In this document: positions 35,490-45,101 of the stretch, in pieces | How positions within the stretch are numbered: the stretch's first letter is position 1 | Layout: the number at the start of each line of letters is the position of its first letter | Notes under the pieces: generated by a model | What the model was told of the DNA's origin: nothing | Seen by the model: only the letters and a program-made list of their open reading frames with translations | The model's database searches: none | Translations under genes and position numbers: made by a program | Source: Pyrinomonadaceae bacterium | GTDB lineage: Bacteria; Acidobacteriota; Blastocatellia; Pyrinomonadales; Pyrinomonadaceae | Direction of reading: 5' to 3' | DNA: 55,326 nt | Assembly (NCBI GenBank): GCA_013817595.1 | Contig: JACDCK010000001.1 | Location: forward strand, 1-55,326

Positions 35490-37169
35490 ATGTTCTTAGC
35501 TCAACTAGCGCTGCTCTTCAGAGTTTTCTTGCTGGGCCTCGTTTCGTGCCTGCCGTTTTTGGAAGCCGGGTCGAGTAGAGCCGTAGTGCGGGGCAGCCCG
35601 CGTGGGGTGCTAGAGGACGGAGTGCGCATTGACGTGCCCGCTGCTGCCCGAGTTCGGATCGAGAATGAGTTTGGACCGGTAGCTGCGGAAGTCTGGAAGG
35701 AAAAGTACGTTTCTGTATCGGCCTCTATTGAAGGAACTGGGGCCAAATTTACACGGTCACCCATCGTCATAGAGAACAGAGCAAAGCTGCTCGTAATCTC
35801 TGTCATTCGCACACCGGTTGACCCTCGGGCGGCCATTGCGCTCACAGTAACACTTCCTGAGGGTTCCCACACCGAGATTGTCACCGGGGCTGGTTCAATC
35901 TCGATGCGAGGAGTACCGGCGTCGGCTAATCTAAAGTCGGTTTCGGGTGACATACGCGCAGAGCTTTCACATCCTCTCAACGTGGATATCAGCGCCAGGA
36001 CAACGAATGGAACTATCAGGTCGGAGCTAGGGGCTCCCTTAAGTGGTGGTGGTCAACTATTACAGACACGCTTAGGTACTGGCGATTATGTTCTCAGGAT
36101 CGCCACGGAGAGAGAGATCACACTCGCTTTAGACAGCAAGGTGAATGATGGTATGGCCAAGGTCTCCGGTCCACCCAGGCTATTGGGTTCTGAAAACATT
36201 TCGAAAGGAGCTGGAACACCTGCGAACCCGACGGACTCTGAAGAAATAAGCGACGGGGACATCATTCGCGTTGACTCGCAACTTGCCACTCTAAATCTCA
36301 GTGTCATAGATCGAAATACCAACCGCGGGGTCCTGGGCTTGACGCAGTCAGACTTCCGGCTATTTGAGGACGGAATCGAACAGCGCTTAATCCAGTTTGA
36401 ATCGGCGTCTGCCCCCTTTGATCTGATTCTACTAATTGATGTCTCGGGTTCGACCCGTGATGTTGTGAAATTGATTCGCGCGGCGGCACTGCGTTTCGTG
36501 GACGCAGCGCGACCGTCAGATCGCATCGGAATCATTTCGTTTGCCGGTCATCCGACGGTCATTTCACCAGTCACCTTAGACCGGGAAGTCTTGCGTCAAA
36601 GGGTAAATGCAATTGACACAGCAACAGGAGATACAAAGGCCTACGATGCCATAGACTTTTCACTTACCCAGCTCCTAAAGAACACGGCGGGGTCCCCACG
36701 CGGGCAGCCCGCGTGGAGTGCTAGGAAGAACACGCGTCGAACAGCAATTGTCATGATGAGTGATGGACTTGACGGAAGTATCCCGGGAGTGCAGGGCGAT
36801 GGTTCAATGCTTCCCTACGGCGAGATGCTTAGTCGGGTTCGCGAGTTTGATGGCGTGCTGTACACCTTGTGGCTCAATACAGAATATGAAGCGCTGAATC
36901 CTCTTGATACGCAGCCTGAAGCGTTCGACATGGGATATGAACGGATGAAAGAAATGGCTGAAGCCGGCGGCGGAGTGTTCTACCAGGTGGAGAGCCTACA
37001 GGATCTCGCAGGGGCTTACGAACGCGTGGTGGCCGACCTGGGTACGGTTTACAGTCTGGCATATCGGCCCACCAACAAGACTCGGGACGGCAAGTGGCGC
37101 GCAGTCCGAGTAACGCTAAACCTACCCTCGGCGGTCGCGCGCGGAAAACATGGCTATTATGCAAACTGA
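35490..37169 (+). CDS. DUF4097-like beta-rich N-terminal domain fused to a VWFA-related (acidobacterial-type) vWA domain
   Basis: 559 aa. The N-terminal half has DUF4097-like repeated strands (SISMRGVPASANLKSVSGDIRAEL...ISARTTNGTIRSEL). The C-terminal half reads IRVDSQLATLNLSVIDRNTNRGV...FRLFEDGIEQRLIQFE...FDLILLIDVSGSTRD...IVMMSDGLDG...DGKWRAVRVTLN...GYYA, the TIGR03436-like pattern. Confidence 0.8.
   Translation: MFLAQLALLFRVFLLGLVSCLPFLEAGSSRAVVRGSPRGVLEDGVRIDVPAAARVRIENEFGPVAAEVWKEKYVSVSASIEGTGAKFTRSPIVIENRAKLLVISVIRTPVDPRAAIALTVTLPEGSHTEIVTGAGSISMRGVPASANLKSVSGDIRAELSHPLNVDISARTTNGTIRSELGAPLSGGGQLLQTRLGTGDYVLRIATEREITLALDSKVNDGMAKVSGPPRLLGSENISKGAGTPANPTDSEEISDGDIIRVDSQLATLNLSVIDRNTNRGVLGLTQSDFRLFEDGIEQRLIQFESASAPFDLILLIDVSGSTRDVVKLIRAAALRFVDAARPSDRIGIISFAGHPTVISPVTLDREVLRQRVNAIDTATGDTKAYDAIDFSLTQLLKNTAGSPRGQPAWSARKNTRRTAIVMMSDGLDGSIPGVQGDGSMLPYGEMLSRVREFDGVLYTLWLNTEYEALNPLDTQPEAFDMGYERMKEMAEAGGGVFYQVESLQDLAGAYERVVADLGTVYSLAYRPTNKTRDGKWRAVRVTLNLPSAVARGKHGYYAN
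35591..35613 (+). repeat. 23-nt DNA repeat GGGCAGCCCGCGTGGGGTGCTAG, copy 1 (inside CDS)
   Basis: Identical at 22 of 23 positions to 36702-36724 in the same orientation. Read here as ...GSPRGVLE... Confidence 0.85.
36702..36724 (+). repeat. 23-nt DNA repeat GGGCAGCCCGCGTGGAGTGCTAG, copy 2 (inside same CDS, different frame)
   Basis: Part of a 10+10 palindrome CCACGCGGGC-A-GCCCGCGTGG (36696-36716). Read here as GQPAWSAR, a different frame from copy 1. Confidence 0.85.
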
Positions 37170-38163
37170 TAGCCCTCTCACCGACGCGAAACTGCTTAGC
37201 GTGCTGCTCGCAAGCGTGCTGCTCGCCATTTTTGTCTCATACCCGAAGACCTGCATTGCTCAAACCGGGGAACCCACAGAAACGATCCGAGTCGATTCGG
37301 ATCTTGTCGACCTTAGAGTCAGCGTGATTAGACTGAACCCCGACAATCCCGTTTCCGCTTTGCAGCAAAAGGATTTCCTGGTGCTCGAGGACGGAAAGCC
37401 GCAGGAGATCGTATTTTTTGCCGGCGAAGATGCACCCTTTGATCTAGTCTTATTGCTGGACCTGTCAGGTTCAAGTTCAGACAAGATTAAGTTGATTCGC
37501 AGCTCGGCCAAGCGATTTGTCGAATCTACGCGTCCCATGGACCGCGTTGCGATCGTCACATTCACTGACATTCCTGAAATCGTTTCTCCCTTAACCTGGG
37601 ATCGAGGACTCCTCAAAGATGCAATTGAGGACATCCAAAAACCGCTGGGTGGCACGAACTTTTGGGATTCGTTGCTTTACACAATGACAATGGTCATTTC
37701 CTCTCAGAAGTCCCCGCGCCGAAGCGCGATCGTGGTTATGACCGACGGGGTTGATAATGCGTTGCCGGATGTTTATGGTGAAGGGTCGCGCAGGACATTC
37801 GCCGAGTTGCTGGACAGGGTAGGCCGCTCAGATACGATCGTTTTCCCTATTTATCTGGACACGGAAGCCCAAGCGGTAAAACGGAGTCGATTGCCCAGAG
37901 AGGCCTATACTCTGGCTCGCAGTCAGCTTGCACAGCTAGCCGTTTCCTCAGGTACGAAGATGTACCGTGCAGACAAGCTGAAAGATCTCGATTTAGTTTA
38001 TGGTCATGTCATTAGAGATCTGTCGATGGTTTACAGCGTTGGCTACAAGCCCAGCAATACGCTGCGCGATGGGAAATGGCGCTCAGTGGGAGTCCAGCTG
38101 ATCGGTCGGCAGGATCTTACCGCAACCACGAAACGTGGTTATTTCGCCAAGGCAGAACCTTAA
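37150..38163 (+). CDS. VWFA-related (acidobacterial-type) vWA domain protein, tandem paralog
   Basis: 337 aa. Signal/TM segment, then IRVDSDLVDLRVSVIRLNPDNPV...FLVLEDGKPQEIVFF...FDLVLLLDLSGSSSDK...IVVMTDGVDN...DGKWRSVGVQL...GYFA. Overlaps the upstream paralog by 20 nt. Confidence 0.8.
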   Translation: MAIMQTDSPLTDAKLLSVLLASVLLAIFVSYPKTCIAQTGEPTETIRVDSDLVDLRVSVIRLNPDNPVSALQQKDFLVLEDGKPQEIVFFAGEDAPFDLVLLLDLSGSSSDKIKLIRSSAKRFVESTRPMDRVAIVTFTDIPEIVSPLTWDRGLLKDAIEDIQKPLGGTNFWDSLLYTMTMVISSQKSPRRSAIVVMTDGVDNALPDVYGEGSRRTFAELLDRVGRSDTIVFPIYLDTEAQAVKRSRLPREAYTLARSQLAQLAVSSGTKMYRADKLKDLDLVYGHVIRDLSMVYSVGYKPSNTLRDGKWRSVGVQLIGRQDLTATTKRGYFAKAEP

Positions 38164-38261
38164 CCGAGCGAGAGCTTGTAAATGGCGCCCAGAGGACTAT
38201 AATGCGAATGCGGTCAACCCCCACGATACACAGTCTAGCTGCGGTAAAAGGAGAACCTTCC

Positions 38262-39344
38262 ATGAGAAAAGCCTCCACTTCGTTACACCTCCTGGTTGCA
38301 ACGCTATTGGTGTGCGCGGGTTTCGTTACGGCTGAGGCGCAGAGGGAGCGGTTTGTCGTTTCCGCGAAGGCTGGGGGCATCAATGCCGTAAGTGGACAAA
38401 CTGGAGTTCAACCGCAGGGGAGCACTGCATGGGAACAGCTCACCATCAAGGACAACCTTGAAGCCGGAGATATGGTTAAGACCGGGAGAGATGGCAGAGT
38501 CGAGATGCTGCTGAATCCTGGCGCGTACCTGCGTGTAGGCGAGAATTCAGAGTTCGAGCTGACTAATAACTCGCTAGAAAATCTGGAAGTGCGCTTGATC
38601 AAAGGGACGGCTATCGTGGAGGCCACCGGCACCGAGAATACCGAATTGATGATCAATATCACGACGCCCCATACGAAAATGGCGATTGTCCGGCGAGGCC
38701 TTTACCGCGTTAACGTTGTTCCCGGCGACGCCACCGAACTAATCGTTAGGAAGGGTCGGGTGTTGCTCTCTGATTCGCAAATCAAGGTTAAAGGCGGGCG
38801 AAAATTGATTTTCAGCGGACATACCTTCTCGATGGCAAAGCTGGAAAAGGCTGATAAAGAGAAAGACGCCATAGAAAACTGGAGCAAAGAGCGCGCAGAA
38901 ACTGTGGCGAAGGCAAACCGCCGAATATCATTCCGCGATTTGAATATGGCGCTGGCCAGCTTTAGCGATCGTTGGTCTCGTGGTTTTTCAAGCGGTTCTT
39001 CCGGGGTCTGGATATTCAATCCAAGATTTCAATGCTACACGTTCCTGCCCTATTACTTTGGCTGGGGCTCTTGGGGGTCACCATACGGCGGCTCATACTC
39101 TAACGCCTTTTACGGCTACGGCTCGGGTTATGGCGGACGGACGGTGACTGCATATCCAGGGTCCTCAGGAGGGTCAACGCCTCCACCGTCGAATGGCGGG
39201 AATTCGCCGGGGTACACTCCTACGCAGCCTCCGAACGTCTCACCGCGGCCGACGCGCGAACCGGATGCTGGAATGCACGAACCACGGCAGCGTCCAGTGG
39301 GCCCCCGCAGCCGCATAGATACCGGGCCGGTTCCACCGCGATAG
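38262..39344 (+). CDS. secreted FecR-domain protein with G/Y/S/P-rich C-terminal tail
   Basis: ATG 38262 follows AAAGGAG (38247-38253) and opens a signal peptide (MRKASTSLHLLVATLLVCAGFVTAEAQ). FecR-like LEAGDMVKTGRDGRVEMLLNPGAYLRVGENSEFEL. The track ORF extension to 38076 overlaps the previous gene and is rejected. Confidence 0.7.
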   Translation: MRKASTSLHLLVATLLVCAGFVTAEAQRERFVVSAKAGGINAVSGQTGVQPQGSTAWEQLTIKDNLEAGDMVKTGRDGRVEMLLNPGAYLRVGENSEFELTNNSLENLEVRLIKGTAIVEATGTENTELMINITTPHTKMAIVRRGLYRVNVVPGDATELIVRKGRVLLSDSQIKVKGGRKLIFSGHTFSMAKLEKADKEKDAIENWSKERAETVAKANRRISFRDLNMALASFSDRWSRGFSSGSSGVWIFNPRFQCYTFLPYYFGWGSWGSPYGGSYSNAFYGYGSGYGGRTVTAYPGSSGGSTPPPSNGGNSPGYTPTQPPNVSPRPTREPDAGMHEPRQRPVGPRSRIDTGPVPPR

Positions 39345-39366
39345 GCAACTGGTTAATTATACTTTC

Positions 39367-39747
39367 CTACCCCTGGGGGCTCGGTAAGATACCGAGCTCC
39401 TCGTTTACCATCGTCTTTATCTCGGAATGCTTTAATCCGGCCAGGGCGAGCTGCGTCAGGGCAGTGCGCAATTGGACGCGTAACTGCTCTTCAGTACTCC
39501 CGCTAACTACCCTGGAAGTCACGATGGCGCCCGAGCCGTGCCTGACCTTGATGAAACCTTCATTCTGAAGCTGCCGGTAAGCAAAGGCGATCGTATTCAG
39601 GTTAACACCCAGATCCGCGGCTACCTGCCGTACAGGTGGCAGAGAAGACCCCTCCTCAAGTTCCCGCCGAGCAATCAGCCCTTTGATTTCGTCGACTACT
39701 TGCCGGTAAATCGGCCGCCGGTCCCGCTGGTCAATCGTAATATACAT
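39367..39747 (-). CDS. GntR-family transcriptional regulator (short YhcF-like type)
   Basis: 126 aa. PIYRQVVDEIKGLIARRELEEGSSLPPVRQVAADLGVNLNTIAFAYRQLQNEGFIKVRHGSGAIVT is the GntR winged HTH. Confidence 0.85.
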   Translation of the reverse strand: MYITIDQRDRRPIYRQVVDEIKGLIARRELEEGSSLPPVRQVAADLGVNLNTIAFAYRQLQNEGFIKVRHGSGAIVTSRVVSGSTEEQLRVQLRTALTQLALAGLKHSEIKTMVNEELGILPSPQG

Positions 39748-39759
39748 TAAGCAACCCAG

Positions 39760-39785
39760 TGTCTAGTGCATCTATACATTAGACA
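39760..39785. promoter_or_regulatory. candidate operator: inverted repeat TGTCTA-N14-TAGACA upstream of the GntR gene
   Basis: TGTCTA (39760-39765) and TAGACA (39780-39785) lie 13-38 nt upstream of the GntR start. TATACATTA is also directly repeated at 39741-39749 and 39773-39781. Short arms, so low confidence. Confidence 0.3.
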
Positions 39786-40061
39786 ATCAGAACATGTCCA
39801 GTAATGTTTGGCGTGCTCTAGGAAATGCGCAGGGAGCCGTGCTGTTCTCGCGGGTGCAGCGACCCGGATTTACGTCGTTCTGTTAGGCAAGATTTCAAGC
39901 TGCACCGCCAACCTTGGTCTGATACAGCGCCAATCAACGATGCGGGCTCCTTCCGTTGGGCTTGGTGCTTTACCCAGTTGTTCCGGGGGGTCAAGCTTTT
40001 CAATGAGGAGCGCTGGCCAGTTTTTTGGCAATCTCTTGGTACCTCTGGTAGAGAATTATGA

Positions 40062-41734
40062 TCACGGTTGACCAAACCTTTGTCTGTATTCACCAGAGCT
40101 AATGAAGGCCTTGACCATTTCCGCTGCAACGAAGTTGCCGTTGAACTGATTCAGTTTATTCAACCAGAAATCATACCCGACAAAGCTCGTGTCCGGCGCG
40201 TCGTTTGGATTGCGGCGTAGGTAGCCAAAGTATTGCATCAGCACGAATGCTTTGTTGAACTCGTTGCGCGCCAGGTCAGCGTCCTCGGCCACCGACCTCA
40301 AGACCTGCGCCCGCGTCTTCGCGCCGGAGGTCAGTTCGCTCACGAGTTGATCGCGTTCGGCTGATCGCGTTCGGCCTGCGACAGCGCCCCGCCCGCGTTG
40401 GTGTTCAACGCGTCCACGAACTGTTCCGACGTCATCCCCTGCGGGAAGGCGGTGGTGAAGCGGGAGCGCGCCACGAACTCGCTGGCGAAGGCGTTCTTGT
40501 TGTTCTCCAACTGTTGCTCCCAGCCAGGCGCGCCGACCACGACGCCCTGCCCGACGCGCTGAGTGTCAGGCAGGAATTCTTGCCGCGTCAGTGGCACGGG
40601 CGTGCCGGGCATGTCGCCGTGGGCGGCCTTGTACATCCGGTAGACGAGGTAGCCCGTTTGCTGGAACTCGATGGAGAGGAAGAAAGCGGCGCTGACGTTG
40701 ATTCTTTTAATCTCGACGCACTGCGGGTCAAAGCCGCATGAGGTAATCTCGTCTGCCCAGAATTGGAGTCCCGCGGCGTCCGGCTCGCGGCTGAGGAAGT
40801 CGAGATAGTTTTGGCGCACGAAGAATCGCGCATCGTCAATCGAGTTGCCGCTGTTTTCCGCTGTAACTTTCCGTATGCGGTTGTTAAGGCTGTCGGCGAT
40901 GTAGATGTTTCCAGCCGCGTCCACCGCCACGCCCCAGGGAAAATTTAGTTGAGCGCTGGTTGCTGGACCACCATCGCCGGAATATCCCCCTACGAAGTAA
41001 TACCCTTCGATCGGGTCGAAGACCGGATCGCCTGATTCCAGGTTACCCACCGCATCTGCCGCCACACCGTAGGGGTCCCTCAGTCCGGTGATAGCACTGC
41101 TGATAATTCCTGCCAGATTGACCTTGCGAACGCGTCCATTATCAGTGTCAGCGATATAGAGATTGCCGGCACCGTCCACCGCCACACTCGTGGGATATCC
41201 TGCTATACCGAGGTATTGGACGTTCCCGAGCGAGAGTGAAGCCGCCGTAGCCATGCCACCATCACCGGAAAAGCCCCGACCACCGTTGCCCGCCACGGTA
41301 GTAACGATCCCGCCTGGGCCAACTCTGCGGATCCGCTGATTTCCCGTGTCTACAATGTACAAGTTGGCTGCCGCATCCAAACCTAATCCAGTAGGCGCAA
41401 GAAGGGACGCGCTGGTGGCCGGACCCCCATCCCCAGAGAACCCGGCGGCGCCATTGCCGGCCATGGTGGAAATGATTCCGTTAGGGGCGATCCTTCTGAC
41501 TCGGTGATTCCCGGTGTCAGCAATATAGAGGTTGCCTGCCGCGTCCGCCGCTACGCCACCGGTGAAGTCTGTTATGTTTAGCTGTGCGCTCACCGCTGGG
41601 CCGCCGTCACCGGAGAAGCCGCGGGAGCCGTTGCCAGCCACAGTGGTGATGATCCCCTGCGCAAAGGCCGGAACTGCGTTAAGCCCGGCCACGCAGACCA
41701 TTAACCAGAGCAATGAAACGGCGCGTCGTTGCAT
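40062..41734 (-). pseudogene. secreted NHL-repeat + DUF4214 protein, reading frame broken by a 14-bp tandem duplication
   Basis: Signal peptide from ATG 41734 (MQRRAVSLLWLMVCVAGLNAVPAFAQG). Repeated NHL units (GNLYIADTGNHRVRRI and similar). DUF4214-like FVRQNYLDFLSREPDAAGLQFWADEI. The track splits it into 40340..41845 and 40062..40343. Deleting one 14-nt unit restores a single ORF (...SQAERDQLVSELTSGAKTRAQVL...). Confidence 0.8.
40348..40375. repeat. perfect 14-bp tandem duplication (TGATCGCGTTCGGC x2)
   Basis: 40348-40361 and 40362-40375 are identical. The duplication sits exactly at the junction of the two ORF fragments. Confidence 0.95.
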
Positions 41735-41955
41735 GCCGCCCGCGAACCCAGTTTGAGCAAACGCCCAGGCTGTCGGAATCGCTGTCAAGGCGAACATAGA
41801 AACGAGAAGATGAGAGGTCCGGCATGATGGATGAGTACGAATCATGGCTGTGCTCCCTTGGATCAGAAACGCGATTGTTTACCCTTCAAACCATTCGACT
41901 TTCTCGGCCGCTCAATCCGGGGTCCTGGCGTATCTGTTCCCGGAACATGCAGATT

Positions 41956-42990
41956 TCATTCGTGCCGTTGGCAAGGAGGCCGGCTATGGCTCAGATTCGT
42001 TCGCGTTGCCACTTGAAGATCGTTGCCTCCGAGACCACCAGAGCGATCCGAGTAGAAGTAGAGAGTCGTGCCGTCAAACGAGAGGGCCGGGGCCCCATCG
42101 TTGAAAGCACTGTTTACTGTTGACCAAAGGTTCACGGGCGTTGACCACGGCTCGCTTGTGTCCTCTCTCGTCGCCACCCAGAGGTCGAGCAGGCCCTGTC
42201 CGATGGCGCGATTAGACGTAATGAATATTTCCAGTCCGTCACGGCGGATGGCGGTACGGGTATCACGCAAATGGCTGCTGAGTTCCGGGACCAGGCAGAC
42301 GGAGCCGAATGTCTCGTCGTCCTGAAGTGTGCTCGTATAAATGTCAAAGTCGCCGACCTTCGGCCCATTGCAATCGCCAGCGTCCCACGGCCTATTGCTC
42401 GTGAAGTAAAGGACGGTGGACCCTGTTTCCTTATCGTCGAAATAGGTTGGACCCTCTTCATCGAACGTTGTGTTGATGGCGGGGCCGAGATTTACTGGCG
42501 GTCCCCAGTCGAAATCGTCACGTCGGTTATGGCGCCGAGAAACCCATATGTCGTTGCCGCCATGACCTCCGGGGCGGTTGCTTGCGAAAAAGAGCAGGTG
42601 CTCGTCGGGCGAGAGGGTGGGAGCATTTTCTGTGCTGCTGGAGTTGACTCCTGACCCAAGGTTTTGCGCTGGCCCCCAGGGATCGTGGACACTGCCGCGC
42701 TGGCAGACCCAGATGTCTAGACCACCGACTCCGGGCGTGCGGTTGGAAATAAAGTAAAGACTCAGCCCCTTCCTGGAGATGGCCGGGTGCTGATCAATTA
42801 CCGGCGAGTTGACAGTCGAGCCAAGGCTGTCGATGTTGACTGGCGCGCTCCAGTCAGAAAACGCGACTGGCCTGTCGGGATCACTTGTCGTCGATGGCTG
42901 AGCGGCTCGCGAAAACGAGCCAGGCGCTAGAAGCAAGCCCGCAAGCAAAGTAACCAACACAGCAAGAATGAAATCGCTTCTTTTGAACAT
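41956..42990 (-). CDS. secreted PD40 (TolB-like WD40-like) beta-propeller repeat protein
   Basis: 344 aa. Signal peptide and repeated motifs: LYFISNRTPGVGGLDIWV, LFFASNRPGGHGGNDIWV, LYFTSNRPW, IFITSNRAIGQGLLDLWV, LYFYSDRSGGLGGNDLQV. Confidence 0.75.
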   Translation of the reverse strand: MFKRSDFILAVLVTLLAGLLLAPGSFSRAAQPSTTSDPDRPVAFSDWSAPVNIDSLGSTVNSPVIDQHPAISRKGLSLYFISNRTPGVGGLDIWVCQRGSVHDPWGPAQNLGSGVNSSSTENAPTLSPDEHLLFFASNRPGGHGGNDIWVSRRHNRRDDFDWGPPVNLGPAINTTFDEEGPTYFDDKETGSTVLYFTSNRPWDAGDCNGPKVGDFDIYTSTLQDDETFGSVCLVPELSSHLRDTRTAIRRDGLEIFITSNRAIGQGLLDLWVATREDTSEPWSTPVNLWSTVNSAFNDGAPALSFDGTTLYFYSDRSGGLGGNDLQVATRTNLSHSRPPCQRHE

Positions 42991-43267
42991 CTTCGTATCC
43001 TTTCTGAGTAAAGCGCCGCAATACGAATGACATCGCGGAAGCTTGTGAAAGACCGCGCGGCGCCGTTGACTGCGTGACTTCTGTTCTTCTCATCTCGGCG
43101 CTCGGGGGTGTCCTAATTCGAAATCTCTGTGCCTCCTCACTGGCAGCACGTTGCAGAGAACTGTGGTAAGAAGAACGAGTCTGGTTACTTCGCCAAACTT
43201 GTTAACTTCGTCGAAGTCGGCGGCGCCGGTTACCCAATCGAGTAGAAGTCGAGAGATCATTCTGGGG

Positions 43268-44695
43268 CTACGGCGCGCAGGGAAATCCCGGCGGGCACGT
43301 CAGACGCCTGCCGGTGAACAGGTCTCCATTGACCTGGAGCTGGTTGTTGAGAGGCGTCACGTGATCGAACGGGTCTAGTAGGGGGTTGTCGTAGTCGAGC
43401 CCAGAGGCCAAGGACGACTCGTCCGCCCGGATATTGAACGTAGAATCGCGAAGGTGTTTGTTGGTGTTGATGAGGCCAGGGTTTCTCGTCACCACCCCAT
43501 TGAGCATGAAGCCGGCGAAGATCCCTGCTCGGCCATTGCCGATGAGATCGTTTTCACGCAGTTTTCCCGTGAAAGTTGCGGTGAAGACACGAGGGTTGGA
43601 CCTGGTGGCGAACGCACCCTCTACCGTAAGTCCGTATTCCCCGTTGTTCGTGAACGAGTTACGCTTGACCATTGCCGTGACGTTGGCGGTCATGGGTTGA
43701 TTGTTGGTCGTATCGTAGAAGAGATTGCCGGACACATAGCTTTGAAAACGAAATCCAAAGGTGTTGTTGCGGCTGAAATCATTTTCAGTGACTTTGATCG
43801 TGAGCTTATTGGGAACCTCTTCCGGATGGAGCGCAGGATCATACATCGTTTGTAGCGGACTGCGGTTGGGGTCAGTCGCCCGCAATTTGACCGCCGCAAC
43901 GCCCACGGCTACGGTCCCTTGATTGTTCCGCGTCACCCGATTGTGTTGCAACACGACCGTGGCCGGGTAGATGTCGCTGCCGGCCGTAACGAAGAATGCG
44001 TCGTTGCTGCCGTAAACGAATTGTCCTCGGATCTTGCCGGATGACAAACGAGTGAAGGTAGCGATCAGCGTTCCACGAGAGACATTGTGATCGATCAAGA
44101 AATCATCGACCCGATCGACGAAGATGGCCATGCCACTCGTTGCCAGGTTGGTCGCCCGGCCATCGAAGACGAATCCCTCGACCGAAACGTCCGTCAAACT
44201 CAAATCTGATCGGTCACTGGTAGGGCCAACGATGAACAGGTCCTGGCCGGACTGGAGGGGAGTGAGCGGTGTGATCAATGTTTCGGTACCGGCTTCGATG
44301 CACGGAGCCGGTAGAGCGGGTGCGCCTGGGCCGCAGTCTTGCGGCAAGCCTGCGTGATCCTCGATGAGTTTGGTGCTCCCGCGTAGCGAAAGCTTCGAGA
44401 TATTAAGATAGATGGGGAAGGCCTCGCTGTAGACCCCAGGAGCGACGTGGACGTTGATCTTCGAATGCGGCTTTCTCTGCCGGATCTCTCGAGCTTGTGC
44501 GATGGCCTCGGTGATCGTTTGGTACGGAGCGGCAGCGCTCCCGTCGCCACCCGGATTGGCACCGGCATCGACAAAGATACTATCGCCCCGTGCTTGCCCT
44601 CCGAAGACGGCAATCACGAGCGTGAACGCAGTTAGAATCATCATCAGGTTCATTGGGCCAATTGACGCAATCAGAGAGCTTTTGAATCTGTGCAT
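43268..44695 (-). CDS. secreted right-handed parallel beta-helix (pectin-lyase-fold) repeat protein
   Basis: 475 aa. Signal peptide, DUF1565-like IFVDAGANPGGDGSAAAPYQTITEAIAQA, then PbH1-like repeats (VTRNNQGTVAVG, ENDFSRNNTFGFRF, RNSFTNNGEYGLTV, ENDLIGNGRAGIF). Confidence 0.7.
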   Translation of the reverse strand: MHRFKSSLIASIGPMNLMMILTAFTLVIAVFGGQARGDSIFVDAGANPGGDGSAAAPYQTITEAIAQAREIRQRKPHSKINVHVAPGVYSEAFPIYLNISKLSLRGSTKLIEDHAGLPQDCGPGAPALPAPCIEAGTETLITPLTPLQSGQDLFIVGPTSDRSDLSLTDVSVEGFVFDGRATNLATSGMAIFVDRVDDFLIDHNVSRGTLIATFTRLSSGKIRGQFVYGSNDAFFVTAGSDIYPATVVLQHNRVTRNNQGTVAVGVAAVKLRATDPNRSPLQTMYDPALHPEEVPNKLTIKVTENDFSRNNTFGFRFQSYVSGNLFYDTTNNQPMTANVTAMVKRNSFTNNGEYGLTVEGAFATRSNPRVFTATFTGKLRENDLIGNGRAGIFAGFMLNGVVTRNPGLINTNKHLRDSTFNIRADESSLASGLDYDNPLLDPFDHVTPLNNQLQVNGDLFTGRRLTCPPGFPCAP

Positions 44696-45101
44696 GGAAA
44701 GTCTCCTTTTCCATTCGGGGAAGCGGTCGCCTCATCTCTGAGGTGAATCTTGTTTGCTTTTGCAATCTCTTACCTACCAACGCGCCAAACTTCTCCCAGA
44801 CCTCTAAGGATCTTGAGAAGCTTTGGTGAAAACGGTTTCCACTCACAGGTACGGAGACATTCTTTCGAAAAGAGATGCGGCATTACGGGCGAAATTCAAA
44901 GACTTCCTCCGGTGGTTAGAGGTTTCCAGTCCAAGTGGCGCGTTCCGATATAAGACCTGCCCGAATAGGGCTCAAGGTGTGGCTTCTGAAGCTTGTGTGA
45001 AGCTTGTGAGAATCCGGTTGGTATGCTTTCCGCCGGTTAATGCAAGTGATATCATCGCGGCCTCGCGATCATTCTCCCGGCCCAAATGGGGCTGAGGCAT
45101 C

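Noticed and set aside
38076-38261. 62-codon extension of the FecR-domain gene overlapping the preceding vWA gene.
   Set aside because: ATG 38262 has an AAAGGAG SD and opens directly into a signal peptide. The extension overlaps the vWA paralog's conserved C-terminus.
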